Assembly (NCBI GenBank): GCA_027923505.1
Contig: BROI01000027.1
Span: 1 to 64,000 of the forward strand
Reading direction: 5' to 3'
Origin: Mayamaea pseudoterrestris
Taxonomy: Eukaryota
Length of the DNA: 64,000 nucleotides
Shown: positions 37,642-48,989 of the stretch, piece by piece
Layout: every line of letters begins with the position of its first letter
How positions within the stretch are numbered: the stretch's first letter is position 1
The notes under the pieces: model-generated
Database searches by the model: none
The model's input: only the letters and a program-made list of their open reading frames with translations
Told to the model about the DNA's origin: nothing
Translations under genes and position numbers: made by a program

Positions 37642-40600
37642 ATAAGGCGATTACGTACAACGCGCACAGGAGCCAGGCTCCAGTGGGTGCGCCCGTACGG
37701 TTCATGATGTTCTGGACAGATGACTTGACTTCTTGGATGCGACGCTCGGCAGGGTTCTGGTTCTGGTATCCAGGCTCGCTCTGTTGGTCACAAATCACGT
37801 AGAATCGTAACAAGGTTTCAACTTGTTTCCCGAGCTGCACTTGCGAGTTATCGCTAATGAGCAAGTCGGGAGCGCCAATGTCTCAAATGAAGTCTTCGAG
37901 CGCCATGGGCATGTCACTCTCGGTTCTCAGTGGGTTCCCCTTCGTTAGCAAACTCTTCTTGCCAACGAACAATTGCATCATCTTGCATCCGCCATGGCCG
38001 CGGATTCCGTCATTAAAGGCGGCTTCCTTGGAAAACCAGGTATCTGTCGCCGTATCGTCGTGGAAACGAATCACGTTGGCGGCAGGGAATCACGACTTAA
38101 AATGTTGGCGAAATGGGGTGTGTGCCGATGCACGGAAAAGCTGTGTCATATTCTTGATTGTGCGCTTGACTCGTTCAAGTGGCGTGTAGCCAAGGTAGGG
38201 TCGAAGTGCTTGGTAGTCAGGTTCTTGTGGCATGATGCGTCGTGCATTGGCTTGGCGCGTCGTATCTGCCCTATTGCGATCGACATGCTGCACCACACGT
38301 TCCACTGAGTTCAAATTGTTCCGGTAGGTGGCGTCGCCGAAGTCGTCCATGCGGGCGTCGACGAAACCATGTTCTTCTTCCAAGTTGTCGAAGCAACGAT
38401 TAAACTCAAGTTCTTCTTCGTTCCATTCATTATCCAACTCCGACGGATCCCAAAGGGTGTCCGCAGAGAAAATGACCATCGGATACATTTCCAACTTTGC
38501 GTCCGTCGGTGGACGCATATCCATACGAGGCAAGCTGTCACGGATTGCCAAGGGGATGGTCTTGCCACAACTGGTGACAATGGCTTGTGCTCCATTCTGG
38601 GAGCGAGCGACGTCGTCGATCAGATGTCCGAACGAACGAAGCTGCGATGGAGCATGAATGGATTCAGCACCGTTGTACAAAGCATACTGGTTGAACTGGC
38701 CAATGATAGGTCCAGTCTGAGTCTCGATCAATGCGACACCAGTTCTGACTTGCAAGTTGCGAACCTTGTGGTCACTCAAACCTGTCACGTTACACGTGTG
38801 GTTGGTAGTACTCATGATTCTCATGTTGCTTCCAGCAAGCCCACCGTTTGCACTGCCATCAATCAGCGATTCTTGGCGAGTCTCGTTGCTGCGAGCTCAA
38901 TTCACATTGTAGCGCACCAATACCATTGTGCTATACCAACGACCGTCGCTTCCCATGAACTCTTGCTGGGTGTTATTTGCAGCTTGAGTGTGAGACGACG
39001 CTGCGTTCGCAAGGAAAGATCTAATCATGTCATCTGGTGCACCTTGAGTGGCTGTCGTCAGGGCAATCGAGACAGCGTCATTCTGATACAGGATTGTACC
39101 AGGCACCGAGGCAGCCGCTTGTGACTGCTGGTTATTCGCGCGATTGCTGTTGTTCGCGCGTCTTGTTGTGGCGAGCGTATTCGTCCTCATTAAGTCGGCT
39201 GAGTCGTTCGTACATCATGTACGACCAGGGGGCCTGCAACAACTGTTCAAAGTTCAGATAATCACCAGGGAATTGTTCCCGATGCGCTTGCATACCGGCT
39301 GCTGGTAGTGGCGTGGAAGAGCCTCGTCCTCCGGAACCGCGGCCCGCTTGGGTGCCGCGTCCACCGTCTCATCCAGCGCCGTGCCCGCCTTGGCTGCCGC
39401 GTCCTCCGCCGTGGCCGGAACCGCGTCCATTGCCACGTCCTTGACCGGAAGTGTTCACGTTCTTCGCTTGGCGGTCGGCGTTCTTCTTGCCCTTGTTCAA
39501 CTTGGCGTTCTTGTTGTCGACGCGCAGAGCTTGCGCGGACAATAGGTCACAAAGATAGTCATAATCTTCCGTTACGACAGCTTCTGGGTTGCCATTTGCA
39601 TTGACGATACGTCATCGTTCAAATGTTAAGTGCTGGTCGAATGTCGTGCACGTGGGGCCAAACTCTTCGTCGCCTTCCACTGCAGCTCGGAGCCAGTAGT
39701 ACCTCTTCTTGTTATCCGTCACTCCAGGATGGAACTCTTTGAGATTCTTCATGAGCTGTTCAATGTAGTTGAGGAACTTGTAGTGCCCCTTTGTCCAGGT
39801 TGAATCTAGGCGAATCGTCGCAAGCTTGGCTTGTAATTCGTTCGCTTGGATGGTAGCTAACCCGTCAGCACCAAACTTGGTTGCAAGTTTGCGATAGACG
39901 CTCTGAGCGTCAGACTTGTCAGCGTACTTCATTAGGAGCAATTGGTATCCAGGTACTTCGAGACAATTGCGAAACGCAGTGTACATGAAGATTTGCTGAT
40001 CCTTGAACTCTTCCTTCTCTTCTTCCGTGACTGGTACGTACTTGCTGTCGAGCACGTTAGAACAGCCATGGAGCTTGGCAATTGCCTTGGTAGACGCACT
40101 CCAACTCAACCACCCGTGGGGATGTTGGAACATTTCGTAGTCCTTGTAATCTCGCTTCGTCTTGACGTTCGAGAAACGACCCTTGGCATCTGCTTCCTTT
40201 TTGGCCTTCTCAGCCTTCATATTCTCATTTTCGAGTTGCTTAGCAAGTAGCTTGGCTTGCTTCTTCTTGGACTCGAGCATGTAGCGACCTTCTTCACGCT
40301 TACGACCAATTTCTTGTTCGGCGAGTATTTCTTGAAACCGTTCAAGCTTGCCTAAATCAAGCGTATACCACTTCTTGGTGTTCGGGGCTCCGTTGTGCAT
40401 GTTAAACCATTCGCATGCATCGAGGATAAGGTTCACGTAGACTGGTGCTAGCTTCGTTTCGTATCGCTGCACCGGGGCATCAGCTACTTGTTCTTTGGCC
40501 GGTTCGTCGCCCGGCTGCGCAGCGTCGGGCTGCGCCGCTTCCGGTTGCTCTTCGCCTAATGGGATAGCAATTCTTTGGGCCCAGTAGGGGGCTTCAAGTT

Positions 40601-41286
40601 GCTCCTTGGTCAATCTCAACATCTGTGTAGTGGTAGTTACATTCCAAAAGAAGAACGATTCTTGGATGTCGCGTCCGAAGACGTTCACGCAGAGCATCCG
40701 CAATGCTTCCGCAGTAACTGAAGCCATGATAGTGAATACCTCGCTTTCCGCAAGCCCTTACTCAAACAACAACCGCTCTCAATGCAGTCAAGCCTTATAC
40801 GATCCTTTTCTACGCACTCGTGCCAAGTATTCGGATTGACAACGCCGCAAGGAATCTGCTCTTTCTCTCTCAAATTCTCAATTCTTTCACTCTCTCTCTC
40901 TTTCGCACAGCTCTCTCAGGTCAAGACAAGCTAGCAAGACTGTTAATCTGACACGATAATATCAGACGAACCTTTATTCCAGCGACTACAATGGACTAAG
41001 AGTGATCAACCTCTTTGTCCAGCGTAAAGCAAACAAACAAACTCAATTGCTAGAATAGTGCATGTTACTCGCTACTCTACTCGTGCTCTTCTTCGTCATT
41101 CTCACTGGGTTCACGGTCAAGGTTCACGCCTCGATTGCCTCGATTGTCAGCGATTTCACTCATGTATGTGAGGATTCGGTCACAAGTGTGACTCAACCCT
41201 GCACAGGATTAAATGCATACAAAACACAGGTAGCTACCTGTCTTGTCATGAGACGCAGGTCAACTCAACTCAATAATATTGTGTCA
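37642..41286 (-). mobile_element. Family B copia 5' fragment, reverse orientation (5' LTR, PBS, gag, protease, start of integrase), nested in family C
   Basis: LTR 40949-41286 (338 bp, includes a 9-bp duplication GCCTCGATT). PBS 40934-40948. gag starts at 40727 with a CGA>TGA stop at 39612. Truncated at 37642 inside the integrase. Confidence 0.93.
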
Positions 41287-41876
41287 GAACATCTGTCAAT
41301 ACCTCCGCGGCACCAAGACGTGGGGCATCCTATATTGGCGACCCTCCCCTCGCCCGGAATTGCCACATGTTCAACACAAGTTCCCTCCACCTGATCCAGA
41401 CGCCGCTCCTCTACCTGTGTTTCCAGCCACACGTATCCTAGAACTGGTGGGTTGCGTCGATGCTGCACATGCCACTTACTCCACCACGAGGCGCTCTGTT
41501 ACTGGTTATTTATTCAACCTTGCCGGCGGAGCCGTGGCGTACAAGTCAAAACAGCAATTAGCCTACTGTGCGCTCTCGCCACATTGATGTGCAATACTAT
41601 GCCATTCCAGAGTGGCGAGCGCGGCGTATTGTCAAACTTGCTAATTTGCCCCGCATCATCAACCCCACCAATCAATTGACGAAAGCGCTTGGCTGGGTTC
41701 TCCATGCCCGTCACACCCGTCGCACCATGGGGCATTTTGGCCCACCTACCGCGCTCAAGTAAGACTCTCATAGCTCACAACGACCCTGTCGCACAACATT
41801 ATCTCATTCGTCAGCATGGAGTCCATTCCCAGGCCTGTTCCTTTCCTGGCTTCACAATGCTTGAAGCCGGGGAGGA
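41287..41876 (+). mobile_element. Family C copia relic, RT end/RNase H and PPT
   Basis: ICQYLRGTKTWGILYWR, VDAAHA...RRSVTGY...GGAVAYKSK, RSRHIDVQYY...LTKALGWVLH. GGGGAGGA followed by TGTT at 41877 (possible start of a truncated LTR). Confidence 0.85.
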
Positions 41877-44800
41877 TGTTGGAACATGTCTGGCAGTACA
41901 TAAATTTAGCTACCTCCAAAGAATCGGCTGCGGGGACTTTACCGCGCCAGTCGAAACGCGACATGTTTTATGCCCTTGGTTATTTGGAGAAAAGATGAAG
42001 GCTTTGAGAAAGGGTACGTTGCTGTCGATGTAACTTGTTTCAACACCCGATTGTGCGGTTGACTCGGCAACTTTTGCTAATCCTTCTTCTTTGAATTCTT
42101 CCGCAATGTGACTGTAAAACACTTCGTTGTTGGCAAGGTCTTTAAACTGATTGAAGCGTTGCTCACAAGCTTGTTCCGGGTTGATTGGCTTTGATGAAGG
42201 CGGCGGTAGAAAGCCTCGAAAGATCCAGGCGAAGCGCTTGTCTTCTTCGTCCCAAGTCCACGGAGTTGGAGGAGAGACGTGAGGGTCGTAACGATACCAG
42301 CCGTATCGAACGTTCGGGTGGTTGTAAATTGCTTTCTCTTCATCAGTGGCGGGTCGTCCAGTTAAATGCCAGTCTTCAGGGTTGTTTGGTGAAAGTCGAC
42401 GAAGGCTGTCGCGCGTGTTGGACTCGGTTGGAAAAATACGCTCTCGTTCTTGATTGCTTGCAATTTGATTGGCGGCGGTAAGTCGAATTACTGGTCGGCC
42501 TTCTGGAGCGACCGATTGGGAACTTGAAAAGGGTTGAACTTGTGTAAAGTATTGTTGATGAAGAGGACGACGACTTGTAGAAGGCGTCGTGAATGATTAA
42601 AGACTTGGCGGCTTGTGTTGGAGCGGCGAAGGAAACTGTAAAGTAGGCGCGTGACTTGTGAAGTGAGAGGCAACTTGGAAAGAGTGCTCAGCAGACTAGG
42701 TAAAGTAGTTCTGCTCAACTGATGGAGACTTGAAATCTGCTCGACGACGTTGGCCTTGATCAAACGCTTGATCCGACTGGAGGTAAACTGAAAGATAAAG
42801 GCAAAAGGGTCGCTTGTACACTTGCTCTTGCTCACTCAATACATGAGGGCTTTGCCGCGTCAGTGGAAAGGCAACACGTGATAAGCCCTTGGTTATGAGG
42901 GCTTCGCCGTGTCCAACGAAAAGGCAACACATGCTGTGCCCCTGGTTATGAGGGCTTTGCCGCGTCAGTTGACGAACACCACAGGCTGCACCACAAGACC
43001 GATGGACCGCGCCATGCCGGAGCTCAGAGTGAGCTCAACTTTTTTGTACCCCTTATCTAAAATCATGCCTTAGACCTATTTGTTATGAAAACGCACTCAC
43101 CATGACTCATTAATATCCTATTCAGTCCACCATCCATTCCATTACTTTGCTCTCAGCCACTCGATTAGCAAGAGTCTCCTGGCGCTTACCGCAATGAGCT
43201 CATTAATGTAACAATTCAACGTTATTGAACTAGTCTGTTTTGAGTGTCTGCTGTAGTACCTTGCGGCCCTTCAACACTATTGTTATCCGTAACAGCAAGC
43301 CTATAAAGCCTTCAGCTATAAGTCTTGGATAACTCCCAGTTGATTCAGAAGCAGGAACATGGAGATCAACCGGCAAATCCAGTGGCCCTGAAGACCTATC
43401 GGCCACCAACCAGACTGTTGCAACTGCTGCATAATTGGCCGGAAACGGACAAACTAACTGGTAACGGTTAGTCTGCAGTGAATACAGCCTGATAACCACT
43501 GAGCAGAATCATTGTAGCAGGCTAGTCCTTCTTTTATTCGAACGGCACCCACAAACGGATTCATTGAGTAGCTTCAGTGATAGTCATTCCGCTGCGTCAA
43601 CCAGACATAGCTCACAGCTGAAGTTTAATCTTCGCCCATGGGGGAAAAACTATCCCCCTTGACTTCTCCTGCAGAATATCATTGCTGACATGACCATCTT
43701 TTGTGAGTGCAGCTGTTCTGCTGGTCGCTGAGACGTTACCATTGCCCCCGCTGCCAATCTGGCATGTTTCACAGGATTCAACCAACCAAAAGAATTGAAC
43801 CGCGGTGAGGACTTCACCCATGGTCTCACGGGCGACCGCCTCCTCTGCCTCACATGCCATCCTACGCTGTCAGCTCTCCAGCTACGCGCCCACCCGACTG
43901 CTACTCCCATGCCGCTGGCCACTCCGTACTTCTTTGCTATGGGCACATCACTGCCGCCTTCCGCTATCGCCCTGGGCATTCAGCCTATTGACAGGGCGGC
44001 ACCGAATTTCTACTATCCTCCAACGTAGACTTTGACCGCACACATGTCGCTGGCAATCCGACACCATGATCCGTTAACGTCACTGTAATACCTTACCCGC
44101 CATGCACCAACACTTTTGCTGGCTACAACTGAATGTTATTTACCTTTCTTTCCCGCACTCCTTGACTCCCCGCTCCAATCCCACCCAGTTTTCTTTTGGC
44201 CTGAATTTTCATTCTTTGAAGCGAAACTGGGCATTGGTCGGGCATGTTATCCATTTAACTAACTGCTGAGATGGGCTGGATATCTGCAAACTGGTGACAG
44301 TCATTCCTGTGCATGGATGAAAGCCACCCTAAGCAAATGAAATCAACAAGAAAAAATAACATACCAGCTTAACTACACGGAGCATAACGATAGCATCGCA
44401 TGCACAATGTCAATTACAGATATCGAGGCTCCACTACTTCATTAGATAGTGTTAAAAGCTTAAACTTCATAACTCTGAATCTGCGGGAACGGGGGGATGG
44501 CAAGTTCTTTACCTTTAAATCAATTCAAATCTTCACACAGCTTGCTGCTTTGCTGCCTTGATGGACAGGATGACGCAAGCTAGTATTATGAGTAAGGTTA
44601 AAAGAAAAATTAAACAATTTTTGAAAAGTGTTCATTCAAAAATACAGCGCTTTCCCGCATCATCCGTTTTATTTAGCAGCTGACGTGAAAAACCTTTTTA
44701 AAATTGTAGAATGCTTACATCCAACCGTCTTCTATCACTTTCTATCAACCCTTCGTGACATTGTAACTCATTTCGATGATGACATAGAAAATCAGATTTT

Positions 44801-45239
44801 GACCATATTAAATTTATTTTTATTATTATTCATAACCTGACTAACAGGCCGATTGCAACTCTGCCCAATCTAAAGAGACCCGCTAACATCCAAACGTCTT
44901 CCATTCCTATCAATTTGAAGCAGCTCCTTTGAGAAGTTTCATCTGTTTTGTACATTTTTATCAGGTTTGGTCCATCATTTCACCTTTGCTGGCGAGACCT
45001 CGCCGAGTAGCTGGCTTGCTGCCTTTTGCCATCCAGTAGGCGTTTCGTATTGTGGGTAATTAAGGTGCTTTGGCGTGTAGACACCATTGAGAATTGATGA
45101 ACAAATAGACGGGTGGATCAGGTGATGTGATGGATCGCCATGGTGCACCTGTTGGCGAGGCAGGTTGGTGGTGACGGAGACGAATTGCGCCAAAACTTGT
45201 GATGTCGCCTGGATATCCAACACTACCTTTTCGTGCTGT

Positions 45240-47900
45240 CGCCTTACCAACCCTGCACTGTGAGACGGTGCTTGGTTAGTTTTTCTTTCCATTGGGACGC
45301 TGCTCTTGGTCAGAATGTCTGCTCTCTGCTCCTTTGTGTCGATGATCAGGATGCTGATCTCGCCGGAGTTGACGTTTTGGCGGAAATGGTAGTATTGCAC
45401 AATGATGTGCTTGGTGCGGGGGCGCATTTTGTGAGCGTTGCTGAGCTCGAGGCATGCGCTGTTGTCCTCAAACACTTTGCAGTGCTAGGTGGGGATGGTA
45501 GTCTCGAACTTGAATTCCTTGGTTAATTCCATCAATGGGATGACTTCCGGATTGCGGTGCGGAGTGCAATGTACTCCGACTCCGTGGTGGATAGAGCTAG
45601 CTGAGTCTGCATCTTGCTCTCCCACACCAGCGGGCAGCCGGCGTAGTATATGATGAAGCCCGTTCAGTACCTGGCTGTGTCGGGGTCATTTGGCGCCTCG
45701 GTTGGGTCCCAGTCGCCTATCCAGTTGCGTCGACAGAGTCGTCGGTGGGTCTGTATATCATGCCTTTGTCGCGGGATCCTGCTAGGTACCTGCAGATCCA
45801 CTTGATGGGCCTTGCGGAGCTCTTGTTTGGGGTTGCTGGAGAATCGCCTGAGGCGTGAGCAGCGGCGTTCCAGGTGGTTGAGCTTGCCAAGCACCAACCG
45901 ATAGTCAAAGCTGTTGTCGAATGGCTCTGAGCCTGTGTGCCGCATAAGGATCTTTGAGGTGCATGCTGGGGTCTTCTTGATTGCGACGTAAGGTAGGTCG
46001 AGGGCCACATCCTTCAGAACTTGCTCAATCTAAGGCTGTTTGGTGGAATGGATCCCTTATCCCTTTCGCTTGATCTTGACACCAAAAAATCTCCCAGCTT
46101 GTCTTCTACTGTGAGGTTGAGACTGGTGTGGCTTCTATCTCACCGTTGTTAAGATCACAAAGGATGCTATTGTTACAGTAGAGCACGTACAGTGATGACC
46201 CTCGGAAGAATAGACACATGTCCTTGCTCTGACTGAAGCCCACACTCTTAAGTTTAGCCACAAGATGCTTGTTCCATGTTCGTCCAGAGTCGCAGCCTCC
46301 GTAAATTGTCTTCTTGATGTGCAGGTATTGCCTGGACTGGCACCGGGGTAAGCGAAACCTTTGAAGATCTTCATGAAGACAGTGGTGGACTTGGCTTCGG
46401 CCTGGTTATATGCGTGGACGAAGTCTATCTGATGAGTGTGCCCCTTTAGTTGCAGCGTTTTGGCAATGACTAGCCGGATGGTGGCCCACGAGGCAACTGG
46501 AGCATACCAGTAGGTCTGGTCATAGTGGACTCCCTTGATTTGCTTGGCGCCATCTAGGTTGAGGCAAGCCCCACTTGTAGATGTCTCCCATGGCAATTTA
46601 TCTTTTCCTCTCCATGGCCCACACTGCAGGCAGCGGAGCCACTCCCTTGGGCACTTGAGTGCGAGAAACTATCTCCCATATGCCGTTGCTGGCCTGGTTG
46701 TCTATATCCTTTGAGCGGCCTGTAGGAACTGTACTTGCTTGGTCCTTGGATTGCATGGTTTGGTGCAGTACATGATGTCTTTGGCGGATCCTGAGGGCAA
46801 TGGTGCAGGAGGAACAAACTCTTTAGGCTTGGCAAGCGCCTCAAAGGCCACCAGGCTCCCTTGCGCGTCCTGCAGTTCATGCGCATGGCTTTGGCTAGAT
46901 ATTCATAGTTAGGTGGAGTTTGAGCAGCTCCATCCGCATGGCCTGGATCATCTCTGTGACGTTACGGCCTCCTCTGAGTTGTGATCAATACTGTCAACCT
47001 TCCTTGGTCAGCTTGCGCTGGCATTGGGAGTGCTGCAGAGGTGGGCTAGCTGCCACCCTTGTTGAATTATTGGCAGGATCTTCAGTTGGTGGAGCAGTCA
47101 GTGGGGTTGCACTGGTGGGTGGAGTGTCCAGCAGAGCTGAATCCGCTGGCACGGTTGTATAGCCTTGGGATTGGCAAAATTTGCCTTGGGTGGGAGGCCG
47201 TTTGCCTCGGGGAAGGAAACTTGGGAGGCCCGACTGAGCAGGCTTTTGTTGTCCGGATGTAGTGCCTCTGGGAATGACTCGCCCTTGTTGGTCGTGAGGA
47301 AATGACACTTGTCTTGCCAGTGTGATGTGGGAGGGCAGTGCAAGGGTGATATCTTTGGACTCATTAGCCATTCGCAGGGGATACAGCCAAAGGTTTGCAT
47401 TGTAGGCGGAGGGCCACCTTCTCGTGGTGTGTATCATCATGGTGCAGGCTTGATCCTGCAGCTCCCTTATGCATTGCTCGGTGATGCCGTTCTGGAAACG
47501 GGCATGGACCCTGCAGAGGGTGAGTACCTGGCCGCTCCTTGCGCAGGTGGCTCGCCATTGATTGTCAGCAAAGAAGCCATTGTCAGCTCTATAATGTTGG
47601 ACTTTCACTCCCACTAAACTAGCATGCACTTTATAAACACGGACTTGGCCTCCAGTGTCTCTTCTGCTGAAAAGGCTTTCTGGAGGTGGACGTAGGAGAA
47701 GTGGCTGAATTGGTCCACGAATACTGTAGAGCACTGGTAGCGCCGCTTGGTAGGGGTTCCTCTGAGCTGGGCTATGAGGATGGCATGTAAGACACCAGTT
47801 GGTCAATTGAGACACACTCTCCAGGCTTGGTGGCCTGCAGTTTGGCGTTGGCCTGTGACAACCCCTTGGGCTTGGATTGCCATGAAGTGCCTACCGTTGG
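45240..47900 (-). mobile_element. Family D copia relic (integrase, RT, RNase H), heavily decayed
   Basis: HYRADNGFF...FQNGITEQCIRELQ (integrase), DGAKQIKGVHYDQTY..APVASWATIRL...QIDFVHAY (RT), FEDNSACLEL...RPRTKHI...ADILTK (RNase H). No LTRs identified. Confidence 0.85.
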
Positions 47901-48770
47901 AGGTAAACAACAGATATGTTGACACACGCATGCGTGCAGACATGCAAGTGGAGCATGCTTCGACCGTTAATCCAAGACTGAAGCTTCCTTACAAAGCCGC
48001 CAGTGGGAATGCATCAATGCTGTTTGTAGCAAGTGAGCTCGTGTTGACTTATGTAATACAAATGCACATGGCAGCACGCTTTCACTCTCAAATTTCAAGT
48101 CAACGTATTGACTGGTACTGGTAGACAAGATTGAAATATAACTCGCACTCATGCTTTTTTATATGAATGCAAGTGCACAATCCAAACTGATCAAAAAATT
48201 TAAAAGTCCAAAGCCAACTGACAGACACGACTGATTTACATAGCTACAAACCGTTATGATTTGCGAATCAAGAGAATTCAACAGAAGGCAAAATTTCTTG
48301 GCACGAGTCCATCCCTTCAGTTGCTCACGCATCGCACCTCCACAAAATTGATCCATCTACAAAGTGGTGTTGGCCCATCTTCTTGAAAGCGGTTCATTCA
48401 TCTTGACTAAACATGAGCGGCAACCAAGAAGGACCTGGTAGTGACACAATATTATTGAGTTGAGTTGACCTGCGTCTTATGACAAGACGGTTAGCTACCT
48501 GTGTTTTGTATGCATTTAATCCTGTGCAGGGTTGAGTCACACTTGTGACCGAATCCTCACATACATGAGTGAAATCGCTGACGATCGAGGCGTGAACCTC
48601 GACCGTGAACCCAGTGAGAACGAGAAAGAAGCGCACGAGTAGAGTAGCGAGTAACATGCACTATTCTAGCAATTGAGTTTGTTTGTTTGCTTTACGCTGG
48701 ACGAAGAGGTTGATCGCTCCGAGTCCATTGTAGTCGCTGGAATAAAGGTTCGTCTGATATTATCGTGTCA

Positions 48771-48785
48771 GATTAACAGTCTTGC
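48771..48785 (+). promoter_or_regulatory. Putative primer-binding site, family B, complementary to a tRNA-Asn(GTT) anticodon arm
   Basis: GATTAACAGTCTTGC; the reverse complement G-CAAGA-CTGTTAA-TC reads as anticodon stem + Asn loop. Identical in the diverged copy at 40934-40948. Confidence 0.7.
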
Positions 48786-48989
48786 TAGCTTGTCTTGACC
48801 TGAGAGAGCTGTGCGAAAGAGAGAGAGTAAAAGAATCGAGAAATTGAGAGAGAAAGAGCAGATTCCTTGCGGCGTCGTCAATCCGAATACTTGGCACGAG
48901 CGCGTAGAACAGGATCGTATAAGGCTCGACTGCATTGAGAGCGGTTGTTGTGTAAGAAAGGACTTGCGGAAAGCGAGGTATTCACTATC

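Noticed and set aside
30829..41286. B(+) 3' fragment and B(-) 5' fragment as two halves of one inverted element
   Set aside because: They overlap by ~500 bp of integrase, their LTRs differ (including a 9-bp duplication) and their flanks give no TSD.
44560..44860. AT-rich patch as a Phaeodactylum-type low-GC centromere
   Set aside because: It is only a few hundred bases long, with nothing else to support it.
48536..48549. LTR-B palindrome GTCACACTTGTGAC and LTR termini (TGACAC/TGTCAC) resembling the satellite dyad
   Set aside because: Only 6-7 nt words are shared, with no extended homology to support a satellite origin from these LTRs.
48394..48657. Antisense LTR ORF MLLATLLVRFFLVLTG... recurring in each family B LTR
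   Set aside because: It recurs only because the LTR is repeated, and its end varies with the flank. There is no evidence of function.
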